The notes under the pieces were generated by a model. That model ran no database searches, had not been told where the DNA came from, and saw only the letters and a list, made by a program, of their open reading frames with translations. From Eledone cirrhosa (Eukaryota), in NCBI GenBank assembly GCA_964016885.1, contig OZ024740.1, positions 435,612,001 through 435,676,000 of the forward strand: a stretch of DNA of 64,000 nucleotides. The letters are read 5' to 3'. Below are positions 1-12,811 of the stretch, one piece after another. Within the stretch, counting starts at the first letter, position 1. Every line of letters starts with the position of its first letter. The position numbers and the translations under genes are program-made.

Positions 1-354
1 GAGAGAGTGGTTGTGACGGAGTAGATTGAGAGACTTAGAGAGAGGGAAAGGAGACAGAGAAGGAGGATGGAAGAGAGCTGGTGGTGGTGTTGTGTATATG
101 TGTGTGTGTCTATGACCAGTGTATATAGATCAGACACCCTCATATAAATATATACACACACACATACATATATATATATGTATATACACACACACACGCA
201 TTTATATATATACATACACACATGTATAAATATAGGCCTTCCAGTTTCATTTCACATTATATACATGTCTGTGTATATTTTAATTATTTAAGAATATTTT
301 TAAGTGAACATGACCCAACGGTTCACAGGTGGTCTAGTGTTATCTAAAAGTCTG

Positions 355-561
355 TCTCGAGCCCAGAGACTTTATATGGCAGAGAGTACAAGACTCCCCC
401 TGGACAGGACACCAGTCGATCGCAGGGTTAAACCCCAGCTATTGTTGGTACTCATTTTCAGCTGAGTATACTGAGCAAAGTGAAGTGTTTTGCTTAAGAA
501 CACAACACAACCCATGACTGATCATAACTCCAACACCATTACCACTAAGCCATGCACCTCC
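355..561 (-). mobile_element. tRNA-derived SINE, family A
   Basis: Reverse complement reads ggaggtgcatggcttagtggtaatggtgttggag...tgtgttcttaagcaaaacacttc...cagctgaaaatgagtacc...aaccctgcgatcgactggtgtcctgtccagg; homologous to copies at 3650-3905, 14040-14187 and 16926-17200. Confidence 0.8.
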
Positions 562-913
562 ATATGTATATTATATAACAAGGTTATAAAGAGGCTGAGG
601 AAGGTGGAAGTCCGTTTACATAACTGAGGAATAGATATGGCTAAAAGTCACAATTATCAGCTTATTTAAAAAAAAATTCTTGATTTGCTGTTTATGTAAA
701 TTGGAAAGACGGGGGAGCCCTGTGAAGTGGGGTTACAACAGGTCATTCTCTGTGGTAATACCTTTGTTATTTTGTCTGTAGGGCATGGGTAAGGCACCAC
801 CCAGACTGGGGTGTTGTCTCTCTTCACCTCTCTCTTTCTTTCATTGGTGATTCTTTTCTTTTCCTCTTTTTTGAAATAAAATATCTTTGTAAAATTAAAA
901 TAGTAAACAAATT

Positions 914-1290
914 CATCATCATCATCATTATCATCATCGTTTTTACGTCCACTTTGCTACACTTGCATGAGCAAGTGTAGCAAAGTGAACAGGTCCTTCT
1001 CAGCACAACATCTCTCCAGCTGTACGTCCACTTTGCCACACTTGCATGGGTTGGACAGGTCCTTCTCAGCACAACATCTCTCCAGCTGTACGTCCACTTT
1101 GCTACACTTGCATGGGTTGGACAGGTCCTTCTCAGCACAACATCTCTCCAGCTGTACGTCCACTTTGCTACACTTGCATGGGTTGGACAGGTCCTTCTCA
1201 GCACAACATCTCTCCAGCTGTACGTCCACTTTGCTACACTTGCATGGGTTGGATGGGTCGTTCTCGGTACGACATCTCTCCACTTGTCGC
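914..1290 (-). repeat. RTE LINE 3' terminus with (CAT)n tail, amplified as a 66-bp tandem array (~5 copies)
   Basis: Unit tacgtccactttgctacacttgcatgggttggacaggtccttctcagcacaacatctctccagctg; minus-strand translation WRDVVLRRTCPTHASVAKWT aligns with the RTE C-terminus WRDAVLNKTRPTLESREKQT at 35182-35245. Confidence 0.8.
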
Positions 1291-1755
1291 AAATATTTTG
1301 GCCCTTAACTTCTTACACTCTCAGGGGTCTGAACCACATCTAGGTCATGGCTCCTAGGTTCCCTTCTGCTGACAGCCATTTGGATACTAGAGACTTGTGT
1401 ATTTAAACCATATGGAGATTTACAGGAGAAAACCTAGCTGGAACTCCTCTCCATTCTCTCAGATTTCAAACTTATTGTCTAAGGTATTTTTTGTTTTTGT
1501 TGGACTTTATTCTAACTTCTATCTGGTTGACCTTAAGTTAACCACTTATTAATGTTGCTGTTTAACATTAAGTCAACAGTAATTCGACCTACAAGAGGTT
1601 CCAGCTGTGACCATCCTGTCTTTTACTATATTTTTACTTTTATGTCAAATTGGTTACAAATTTCTAATAAACCTGTTTACTGGTAGTGTTAACAAGACAT
1701 TGTCTGACTCAGTGGAGGGGACTTTGTAAAGTACTGTTTGTTGGGGGTCTTCATT

Positions 1756-3681
1756 GTGTGGAGGTGTGGTGTAGTGGTAAGGGTGTTATGTGGAGGGGTG
1801 TGGTGTAGTGGTAAGGGTGTTATGTGGAGGGGTGTGGTGTAGTGGTAAGGGTGTTCTGTGGAGGGGTGTGGTGTAGTGGTAAGGGTGTTCTGTGGAGGGG
1901 TGTGGTCTAGTGGTAAGAGTGTTCTGTGGAGGTGTTCTGTGGAGGGGTGTGGTGTAGTGGTAAGGGTGTTATGTGGAGGGGTGTGGTGTAGTGGTAAGGG
2001 TGTTCTGTGGAGGGGTGTGGTGTAGTGGTAAGGGTGTTCTGTGGAGGGGTGTGGTGTAGTGGTAAGGGTGTTCTGTGGAGGGGTGTGGTCTAGTGGTAAG
2101 AGTGTTCTGTGGAGGGGTGTGGTGTAGTGGTAAGGGTGTTCTGTGGAGGGGTGTGGTCTAGTGGTAAGGGTGTTCTGTGGAGGGGTGTGGTATAGTGGTA
2201 AGGGTGTTCTGTGGAGGGGTGTGGTGTAGTGGTAAGGGTGTTCTGTGGAGGGGTGTGGTCTAGTGGTAAGAGTGTTCTGTGGAGGGGTGTGGTGTAGTGG
2301 TAAGGGTGTTCTGTGGAGGGGTGTGGTCTAGTGGTAAGGGTGTTCTGTGGAGGGGTGTGGTATAGTGGTAAGGGTGTTCTGTGGAGGGGTGTGGTGTAGT
2401 GGTAAGGGTGTTCTGTGGAGGGGTGTGGTCTAGTGGTAAGGGTGTTCTGTGGAGGGGTGTGGTATAGTGGTAAGGGTGTTCTGTGGAGGGGTGTGGTGTA
2501 GTGGTAAGGGTGTTCTGTGGAGGGGTGTGGTCTAGTGGTAAGAGTGTTCTGTGGAGGGGTGTGGTGTAGTGGTAAGGGTGTTCTGTGGAGGGGTGTGGTC
2601 TAGTGGTAAGGGTGTTCTGTGGAGGTGTGTGGTGTAGTGGTAAGGGTGTTCTGTGGAGGTGTGTGGTGTAGTGGTAAGAGTGTTCTGTGGAGGTGTGTGG
2701 TGTAGTGGTAAGAGTGTTCTGTGGAGGTGTGTGGTGTAGTGGTAAGGGTGTTCTGTGGAGGGGTGTGGTGTAGTGGTAAGGGTGTTCTGTGGAGGGGTGT
2801 GGTGTAGTGGTAAGGGTGTTCTGTGGAGGGGTGTGGTGTAGTGGTAAGGGTGTTCTGTGGAGGTGTGTGGTGTAGTGGTAAGAGTGTTCTGTGGAGGTGT
2901 GTGGTGTAGTGGTAAGAGTGTTCTGTGGAGGTGTGTGGTGTAGTGGTAAGGGTGTTCTGTGGAGGGGTGTGGTGTAGTGGTAAGGGTGTTCTGTAGAGGG
3001 GTGTGTGGTGTAGTGGTAAGGGTGTTCTGTGGAGGGGTGTGTGGTGTAGTGGTAAGGGTGTTCTGTGGAGGGGTGTGTGGTGTAGTCTAGTAGTAAGGGT
3101 GTTCTGTGGAGGGGTGTGTGGTGTAGTCTAGTAGTAAGGGTGTTCTGTGGAGGGGTGTGTGGTGTAGTCTAGTAGTAAGGGTGTTCTGTGGAGGGGTGTG
3201 TGGTGTAGTGGTAAGGGTGTGGTGTAGTGGTAAGGGTGTTCTGTGGAGGGGTGTGTGGTGTAGTGGTAAGGGTGTTCTGTGGAGGGGTGTGTGGTGTAGT
3301 GGTAAGGGTGTTCTGTGGAGGGGTGTGTGGTGTAGTGGTAAGGGTGTGGTGTAGTGGTAAGGGTGTTCTGTGGAGGGGTGTGTGGTGTAGTGGTAAGGGT
3401 GTTCTGTGGAGGGGTGTGTGGTGTAGTGGTAAGGGTGTGGTGTAGTGGTAAGGGTGCTCTGTAGAGGGGTGTGTGGTGTAGTGGTAAGTGTGTTTTATGG
3501 AGGGGTGTGGTGTAGTGGTAAGGGTGTTCTGTGGAGGAGTGTGTGGTGTGGTGTAGTGGTAAGGGTGTTCTGTGGAGGGGTGTGTGGTGTAGTCTAGTGG
3601 TAAGGGTGCTCTGTAGAGGGAGTGTGGTGTAGTGGTAAGGGTGTTCTGTGGAGGGGTGTGTGGTGTAGTGGTAAGGGTGTT
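1756..3681 (+). repeat. G-rich 34-bp minisatellite (~55 copies) made of the 5' end/A-box of the adjoining SINE
   Basis: Unit ctgtggaggggtgtggtgtagtggtaagggtgtt; last unit continues directly into ggacttagt...gggttcggttcc of a family A SINE. Confidence 0.9.
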
Positions 3682-3905
3682 GGACTTAGTATTATGATGT
3701 GGGTTCGGTTCCTGGACTGGGTTGTGTTGTGTTCTTGAGCAAAACCCTTCATTTCATTGCTCCAGTATACTCAGCTGAAAATGAGTACCAGCAATAACTG
3801 GGGGGGGGGGTTAACCCTGTGATGGACTAGTGTCCTATCCAGGAGTCTTGTACTCTCAGTTGCGGAAACTGGATAAGCAATGGCCTGATGAGCCTCTAGG
3901 CATGT
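3650..3905 (+). mobile_element. tRNA-derived SINE, family A
   Basis: A-box tagtggtaag, B-box-like gggttcggttcc, body tgtgttcttgagcaaaac...cagctgaaaatgagtacc...aaccctgtgatggactag; matches 16926-17200. Confidence 0.85.
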
Positions 3906-3934
3906 TTGTCTCCTAAACACACAGACACAGTCTT

Positions 3935-4075
3935 CTGCATAGTTTACATCTACCAAATGTCACTCAAAAGCTATTTGTCAACTGAGGTTGTGATAAAACC
4001 TGTCTGAAATGTTGTGCTGTGGAATCGAACAACAGAACCACCTGACTGTGAAATGAGCCCCCTAACATGACCATT
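3935..4075 (-). mobile_element. Degenerate tRNA/CORE-like SINE, family C
   Basis: tctaccaaatgtcactcaaaagct...ggaatcgaac (reverse B-box GTTCGATTCC); similar remnants at 30060-30200 and 54650-54770. Confidence 0.55.
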
Positions 4076-4095
4076 AATAATGTTTGAACTCCTAT

Positions 4096-7000
4096 CCATG
4101 ATGTTAGCAATCAGCTTAACCGCCTAGCCAAGATGTTAGCAATCAGCTGAGCCGCCTAGCCATGCAGTTAGCAATCAGCTTAACCACCTAGCCATGCTGG
4201 TAGCAATAAGTTTAACCACCTACCCATGAAGTTAGCAATCAGCTTAACCTCCTACCCATGAAGTTAGCAATCAGCTTAACCTCCTAGCCATGATGGTAGC
4301 AATCAGCTTAACCTCCTAGCCATGATGTTAGCAATCAGCTTAACCTCCTAGCCATGAAGTTAGCAATCAGCTTAACCTAGCCACGAAATTAGCAATCAGC
4401 TTAACCACCTAGCCACGCTGTTAGCAATAAGCTTAACCACCTACGCATGAAGTTAGCAATCAGCTTAACCTCCTACCCATGAAGTTAGTAATCAGCTTAA
4501 TCTCCTAGCCATGATGTTAGCAATCAGCTAAACCTCCTACCCATGAAGTTAGCAATCAGCTTAACCTCCTACCCATGAAGTTAGCAATCAGATTAACCAC
4601 CTAGCCACGCTGTTAGCAATAAGCTTAACCACCTACCCATGAAGTTAGCAATCAGCTTAACCTCCTACCCATGAAGTTAGCAATCAGCTTAACCTCCTAG
4701 CCATGATGTTAGCAATCAGCTTAACCTCCTAGCCATGATGTTAGCAATCAGCTTAACCACCTACCCATGATGTTAGCAATAAGCTTAACTTCCTAGCCAT
4801 GCTGTTAGCAATCAGCTTAACCTCCTAGCCACGATGTTAGCAATCAGCTTAACCACCTAGCCATGCTGTTAGCAATCAGCTTAACCACCTAGCCATGCTG
4901 TTAGCAATCAGCTTAACCTCCTAGCCATGAAGTTAGCAATCATCTTAACCTCCTAGCCATGATGTTAGCAATCAGCTTAACCTCCTAGCCATGATGTTAG
5001 CAATCAACTTAACCTCCTAACCATGATGTTAGCAATCAGCTTAACCTCCTAACCATGATGTTATCAATCAGCTTAACCTCCTAGCCATGATGTTAGCAAT
5101 CAGCTTAACCTCCTAGCCATGAAGTTAGCAATCAGCTTAGCCGCCTAGCCATGATGTTAGCAATCAGCTTAACCTCCTAGCCATAATGTTAGCAATCAGC
5201 TTAACCACCTAGCCGTGATGTTAGCAATCAGCTAAACCGCTTAGCCATGGTGTTAGCAATCAGATTAATCACATAGCCATGAAGTTAGCAATCAGCTTAA
5301 CCTCCTCGCCATGAAGTTAGCAATCAGCTTAACCTCCTAGCCATGATGTTAGCAATCAGCTTAACCTCCTAGCCATGAAGTTAGCAATCAGCTTAACCTC
5401 CTAGCCATGATGTTAGCAATAAGCTTAACTTCCTAGCCATGCTGTTAGCAATCAGCTTAACCTCCTAGTCATGATGTTAGCAATCAGCTTAACCACCTAG
5501 CATTGCTGTTAGCAATCAGTTTAACCACCTAGCCATGATGTTAGCAATCAGCTTAACCTCCTAGCCATGAAATTAGCAATCAGCTTAACCTCCTAGTCAT
5601 GATGTTAGCAATCAGCTTAACCTCCTAGCCATGATGTTATCAATCAGCTTAACCTCCTAGCCATGCTGTTAGCAATCAGCTTAACCTCCTAGCCATGATG
5701 TTAGCAATCAGCTTAACCTCATAGCCATGAACTTAGCAATCAGCTTAGCCTCCTAGCCATGATGGTAGCAATCAGCTTAACCTCCTAGCTATGATGTTAG
5801 CAATCTGCTTAACCTCCGAGCTATGATGTTAGCAATCTGCTTAACCTCCGAGCCATGAAGTTAGCAATCAGTTTAGCCGCCTGGCCCTGATGTTAGCAAT
5901 CAGCTTAACCTCCTAACCATGAAGTTAGCAATCAGCTTAGCCTCCTAGCCATGATGGTAGCAATCAGCTTAACCTCCTAGCTATGATGTTAGCAATCTGC
6001 TTAACCTCCGAGCTATGATGTTAGCAATCTGCTTAACCTCCGAGCCATGAAGTTAGCAATCAGTTTAGCCGCCTAGCCCTGATGTTAGCAATCAGCTTAA
6101 CCTCCTAACCATGAAGTTAGCAATAAGCTTAAACTCCTATCCATGAAGTTAGCAATCAGCTTAGCCGCCTAGCCATGATGTTAGCAATCAGCTTAGCCGC
6201 CTAGCCATGATGTTAGCAATCAGCTTAACCTCCTAGCCATGAAGCTAGCAATCAGCTTAACCGCCTAGCCATGATGTTAACAACCAGCTTAACCTCCTAG
6301 CCATGATGTTAGCAATCAGCTTAACCTCCTAGCCATGATGTTAGCAAATAGCTTAACCTCCTAACCATGATGTTAGCAATCAGCTTAACGTCCTAACCAC
6401 GTTGTTAGCAATCAGCTTAACCTCCTAGCCATGATGTTAGCAATCAGCTTCACCTCCTAGCCATGCTGTTAGCAATCAGCTTAACCTCCTAGCCATGATG
6501 TTAGCAATCAGCTTAACCTCATAGCCATGAAGTTAGCAATCAGCTTAGCCTCCTAGCCATGATAGTAGCAATCAGCTTAACCTCCTAGCCATGATGTTAG
6601 CAATCAGCTTAACCTGCTAGCCATGAAGTTAGCAATCAGCTTACCCGCCTAGCCCTGATGTTTGCAATCAGCAGAACCTCCTAGCCATGAAGTTAGCAAT
6701 CAGCTTAGCCGCCTAGCCATGATGTTAGCAATCAGCTTAGCCGCCTAGCCATGATGTTAGCAATCAGCTTAACTTCCTAGCCATGAAGTTAGCAATCAGC
6801 TTAATCTACTAGCCATGAAGTTAGCAATCAGCTTAACCTCCTAGCCCTGATGTTAGCAATCAGCTTAACCTCCTAGCCCTGATGTTAGCAATCAGCTTAA
6901 CCTCCTAGCCCTGATGTTAGCAATCAGCTTAACCTCCTAGCCCTGATGTTAGCAATTAGCTTAACATCCTAGCCCTGATGTTAGCACTCAGCTTAACCTC

Positions 7001-10000
7001 ATAGCCATAAAGTTAACAATCAGCTAACCTCCTAGCCATGATGTTAGCAATCAGCTTAACCTCCTAGCCATGATGTTAGCAATCAGCTTAAACTCCTAGC
7101 CATGATGTTAGCAATCAGCTTAACCTCCTAGTCATGATGTTAGCAATCAGCTTAACCTCCTAGCCATGAAGTTAGCACTCAGCTTAGCCGCTTACCCCTG
7201 ATGTTAGCAATCAGCCTAGCTGCCTAGCCATGATGTTAGCAATCAGCTTAACCTCCTAGCCATGAAGTTACCAATCAGCTTCCGCTCCTAGCCATGATGT
7301 TAGCAATCAGCTTACCTCCTAGCCATGGTGTTAGCAATCAGCTTAGCCGCCTAACCATGATGTTAGCAATCAGCTTAACCTCCTAGCCATGAAGCTAGCA
7401 ATCAGCTTAACCGCCTAGCCATGATGTTAGCAACCAGCTTAACCTCCTAGCCATGATGTTAGCAATCAGCTTAACCTCATAGCCCTGATGTTAGCAATCA
7501 GCTTAACCTCCTAGACATGAAGTTAGCAATCAGCTTAACCTCCTAGCCATGATGTTAGCAATCAGCTTAACCTCCTAGCCATGATGTTAGCAATCAGCTT
7601 AACCTCCTAGCTATGAAGTTAGCAATCAGCTTAACCTCCTTACCATGATGTTAGCAATCAGCTTAACCTCCTAGCCATGATGTTAGCAATCAGCTTAACC
7701 TTCTAGCTTTGATGTTAGCAATCAGCTTAACCTTCTAGCTTTGATGTTAGCAATCAGCTTAACCTCCTAGCCCTGACGTTAGCAATCAGCTTAACCTCCT
7801 AGCCCTGATGTTAGCAATCAGCTTAACCTTTAGCCCTTCTGTTAGCAATCAGCTTAACCTCCTAGCCATGAAGTTAGCAATCAGCTTAACCTCCTAGCCA
7901 TGATGTTAGCAATCAGCTTAACCTCCTAGCCATGATGTTAGCAATCAGCTTAACCTCCTAGCCATGATGTTAGCAATCAGCTTAACCTCCTAGCCATGAT
8001 GTTAGCAATCAGCGTAACCTCCTAGCCATGAAGTTAGCAATCATCTTAACCTCCTAGCCATGATGTTTGCAATCGGCTTAACCTCCTAGCCATGAAGTTA
8101 GCAATCAGCTAACCTCCTAGCCATGGTGTTAGCAATCAGCTTAGCCGCCTAGCCATGATGTTAGCAACCAGCTTAACCTCCTAGCCATGATGTTAGCAAT
8201 CAGCTTAACCTCATAGCCCTGATGTTAGCAATCAGCTTAGCCGCCAAGCCATAATGTTAGCAATCAGCTTAACCTCCTAGCCCTGAAGTTAGCAATCAGC
8301 TTAGCCTCCTAGCCATGAAGTTAGCAATCAGCTTAACATCCGAGCGATGAATTAGCAATCAGCTTAACCACCTAGTCATGATGTTAGCAATCAGCTTAAT
8401 CACCTAGCCATGCTGTTAGCAATCAGCTTAACCTCCTAGCAATGAAGTTAGCATCAGCTTAACCTCCTAGCCATGAAGTTAGCAATCATCTTAACCTCCT
8501 AGCCATGAAGTTAGCAATCAGCTTAGCCTCCTAGCCATGATGTTAGCAATCAGCTTAACCTCCTAGCCATAATGTTAGCAATCAGCTTAAACTCCTAGCC
8601 ATGAAGTTAGCAATCATCTTAACCTCCTAGCCATGATGTTTGCAATCGGCTTAACCTCCTAGCCATGAAGTTAGCAATCAGCTTAACCCCCTAGCCATGA
8701 TGTTAGCAATCAGCTTAGCCGCCTAGCCATGTTGTTAGCAATCAGCTTAGCCGCCTAGCCATAATGTTAGCAATCAGCTTAACCTCCTAGCCCTGAAGTT
8801 AGCAATCAGCTTAATTTCCTAGCCATGAAATTAGCAATCAGCTTAACCTCCTAGCCATGAGGTTAGCAATCAGCTTAATCTCCTAGCTATGAAGTTAGCA
8901 ATCAGCTTAACCGCCTAGCCCTGATGTAAGCAATCAGCTTAACCTCCTAGCCATGATGTTAGCAATCAGCTTAGCTGCCTACCCATGATGTTAGCAATCA
9001 GCTTAACCTCCTAGCCACGATGTTAGCAATCAGCTTAACCTCCTAGCCATGAAGTTAGCAATCAGCTTAACCTCCTAGCCACGATGTTAGCAATCAGCTT
9101 AACCTCCTAGCCATGAAGTTAGCAATCAGCTTAACCTCCTAGCCATGAAGTTAGCAATCAGCTTAACCCCCTAGCCATGATGTTAGCAATCAGCTTAACC
9201 TCATAACTATGATGTTAGCAATCAGCTTAACCTCCTAGCCATGATGTTAGCAATCAGCTTATCCTCCTAGCCATGATGTTAGCAATCAGCTTAACCTCCT
9301 AGCCATGATGTTAGCAATCAGCTTAACCTCCTAGCCATGATGTTAGCAATTAGCTTAACCTCATAACCATGATGTTAGCAATCAGCTTAGCCGCCTAGCC
9401 ATGATGTTAGCAATCAGCTTACCCTCCTAGCCACGAAGTTAGCAATCAGCTTAACCTCATATCCCTGATGTTAGCAATCAGCTTAACCCCCAAGACGTGA
9501 AGTTAGCAATCAGCTTAACCTCCTAGACATGATGTTAGAAATCAGCTTAACCACCTAGCCATGCTGTTAGCAATCAGCTTAACCTCCTAGCAATGAAGTT
9601 AGCAATCAGCTTAACCTCCTAGCCATGAAGTTAGCAATCAGCTTAACCTCAGCCATGAAGTTAGCAATCAGCTTAGCCTCCTAGCCGTGATGTTAGCAAT
9701 CAGCTTAACCTCCTAGCCATGATGTTAGCAATCAGCTTAGCTGCCTAGCCAGGATGTTAGCAATCAGCTTAACCTCCTAGCCACGATGTTAGCAATCAGC
9801 TTAACCTCCTAGCCACGATGTTAGCAATCAGCTTAACCTCCTAACCATGATGTTAGCAATCAGCTTAGCCGCCTAGCCATGATGTTAGCAATCAGCTTAT
9901 CCTCCTAGCCATGTAGTTAGCAATCAGCTTAACCTCATAGCCCTGATGTTAGCAATCAGATTAACCTCCTAGACGTGAAGTTAGCAATCAGCTTAACCTC

Positions 10001-11372
10001 CTAGCCATGATGTTAGCAATCAGCTTAGCAGCCTAGCCCTGATGTTAGCAATCAGCTTAACCTCCTAGCCATGATGTTAGCAATCAGCTTAATCTCCTAG
10101 CCATGATGTTAGCAATCAGCTTAACCTCCTAGCCATGATGTTAGCAATCAGATTAACCTCCTAACCATGAAGTTAGCAATCAGCTTAGCAGCCTAGCCCT
10201 GATGTTAGCAATCAGCTTAACCTCCTAGCCATGAAGTTAGCAATCAGCTTAGCTGCCTAGCCAGGATGTTAGCAATCAGCTTAACCTCCTAGCCACGATG
10301 TTAGCAATCAGCTTAACCTCCTATCCATGATGTTAGTAATCAGCTTAACCTCCTATCCATGATGTTAGTAATCAGCTTAACCTCCTAGCCATGATGTTAG
10401 CAATCAGCTTAACCTCCTAGCCATGATGTTAGCAATTAGCTTAACCTCTTAACTATGATGTTAGCAATCAGCTTAACCTCCTAGCCATGATGTTAGCAAT
10501 CAGCTTATCCTCCTAGCCATGATGTTAGCAATCAGCTTAACCTAGCCATGATGTTAGCAATCAGCTTAACCTCCTAGCCATGATGTTAGCAATCAGCTTA
10601 ACCTCCTAACCATGATGTTAGCAATCAGCTTAGCCGCCTAGCCATGATGTTAGCAATCAGCTTATCCTCCTAGCCATGTAGTTAGCAATCAGCTTAACCT
10701 CCTAGCCACGATGTTAGCAATCAGCTTAACCTCCTATCCATGATGTTAGTAATCAGCTTAACCTCCTAGCCACGATGTTAGCAATCAGCTTAACCTCCTA
10801 GCCATGAAGTTAGCAATCAGCTTAACCTATCCATGATGTTAGTAATCAGCTTAACCTCCTAGCCATGATGTTAGCAATCAGCTTAACCTCCTAGCCATGA
10901 AGTTAGCAATCAGCTTAACCTCCTAGCCATGATTTTAGCAATTAGCTTAACCTCCTAACTATGATGTTAGCAATCAGCTTAACCTCCTAGCCATGATGTT
11001 AGCAATCAGCTTAATCTCCTAGCCATGATGTTAGCAATCAGCTTAACCTCCTAGCCATGATGTTAGCAATCAGATTAACCTCCTAACCATGAAGTTAGCA
11101 ATCAGCTTAGCAGCCTAGCCCTGATGTTAGCAATCAGCTTAACCTCCTAGCCATGAAGTTAGCAATCAGCTTAACCTCCTAGCCATGAAGTTAGCAATCA
11201 GCTTAGCCGCCTAGCCATGATGTTAGCAATCAGCTTAACCTCCTAGCCATGAAGTTAGCAATCAGCTTAGCCACCTAGCCATGAAGTTAGCAATCAGCTT
11301 AGCCGCCTAGCCATGATGTTAGCAATCAGCTTAACCTCCTAGGCATGATGTTAGCAATCAGCTTAACCTCAG
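4096..11372. repeat. 32-bp minisatellite, ~225 copies
   Basis: Unit gccatgatgttagcaatcagcttaacctccta with scattered variants and a 192-bp higher-order duplication near 5745/5937. Confidence 0.95.
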
Positions 11373-11404
11373 AGCCTGTATTATTTGTTGATATATTTTT
11401 AGGT

Positions 11405-11620
11405 TAGTACATTGGCAGTATCGGTGGAGTGCCTGACAATATGCTTTGTGACATAGTTGCGACCCTTTACATTCTGAATTCAAATCCCACTGAAGTTAAC
11501 TTTGCCTTTCAACCTTACAGGATCAATAAAATAAAGTACCAGTAACGCACTGGTGTTGACTTAATCGACTTTCTGCTCCCCCAGAATTGTTGACCTCGTG
11601 CCTAAATCAGAAACCATTAT
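11405..11620 (+). mobile_element. tRNA-derived SINE, family B
   Basis: ttggcagtatcggtggag A-box-like head, B-box-like gaattcaaatccc, core tttgcctttc...gatcaataaaataaagtaccagt...aatcgact, tail gtgcctaaatcagaaaccattatt. Confidence 0.8.
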
Positions 11621-12104
11621 TTTTTAATATTTTAAAAGTTCTAAAGAGAGATGGAATGATCTCGTTACACTCTGACAAACCCCTTCACAGGAAGATCATT
11701 TTTAATCTAATTTATCAAAAACAGATGAATGTGGATTCATTTATTGGCAGAGATTTCTAATGTAAATAACATATTTCAAATATTACCCAGAATGCATTGT
11801 TCTCTTTGTAAAAACCTGGTGTAAAAATATTGACCAAGACGATGACTTCGTTTATAAATAAACTCCCTTGTAACTTATTTTCTTTCTGAAGCCTAGTCAT
11901 ACATTTATATACTGAAAGCTGACACACACACACATACATACATACACACATACACAAACACATACACACTTACTCACACACACTCACTCACTCACTCACT
12001 CACTCACTCACACTCACAGATACATACACATACAGGGATATTCTGTACTTGTTTAATCCAACAGTTGAAATCGCCCACCAGTAGACAATATGACCGACTG
12101 GGGG

Positions 12105-12811
12105 GGCAATATTGCTGAGGGTGCGGAACCCTGTTCTACACTGGAGGGCAATATTGCTGAGGGTGCGGAACCCTGTTCTATACTGGAGGGCAACATTGCT
12201 GAGGGTGAGGAACCCTGTTCTATACTGGAGGGCAATATTGCTGAGGGTGAGGAACCCTGTTCTATACTGGAGGGCAACATTGCTGAGGGTGAGGAACCCT
12301 GTTCTATACTGGAGGGCAATATTGCTGAGGGTGCGGAACCCTGTTCTATACTGGAGGGCAATATTGCTGAGGGTGAGGAACCCTGTTCTACACTGGAGGG
12401 CAATATTGCTGAGGGTGAGGAACCCTGTTCTATACTGGAGGGCAACATTGCTGAGGGTGAGGAACCCTGTTCTACACTGGAGGGCAATATTGCTGAGGGT
12501 GAGGAACCCTGTTCTATACTGGAGGGCAATATTGCTGAGGGTGAGGAACCCTGTTCTACACTGGAGGGCAATATTGCTGAGGGTGGGGAACCCTGTTCTA
12601 TACTGGAGGGCAATATTGCTGAGGGTGAGGAACCCTGTTCTATACTGGAGGGCAATATTGCTGAGGGTGAGGAACCCTGTTCTACACTGGAGGGCAATAT
12701 TGCTGAGGGTGAGGAACCCTGTTCTATACTGGAGGGCAATATTGCTGAGGGTGAGGAACCCTGTTCTACACTGGAGGGCAATATTGCTGAGGGTGAGGAA
12801 CCCTGTTCTAC
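12105..12811. repeat. 42-bp minisatellite, ~17 copies
   Basis: Unit ggcaatattgctgagggtgaggaaccctgttctatactggag. Confidence 0.95.

Noticed and set aside
700-890. Possible small exons (tgtctgtag/ggcatgg/gtaagg on +; Lys/Arg-rich frame on -)
   Set aside because: No recognisable protein, and splice signals alone are insufficient.
12040-12135. LLVGDFN endonuclease-like motif in one minus frame
   Set aside because: Isolated short match; that frame is closed by a stop in every array unit and no other endonuclease motifs are present.
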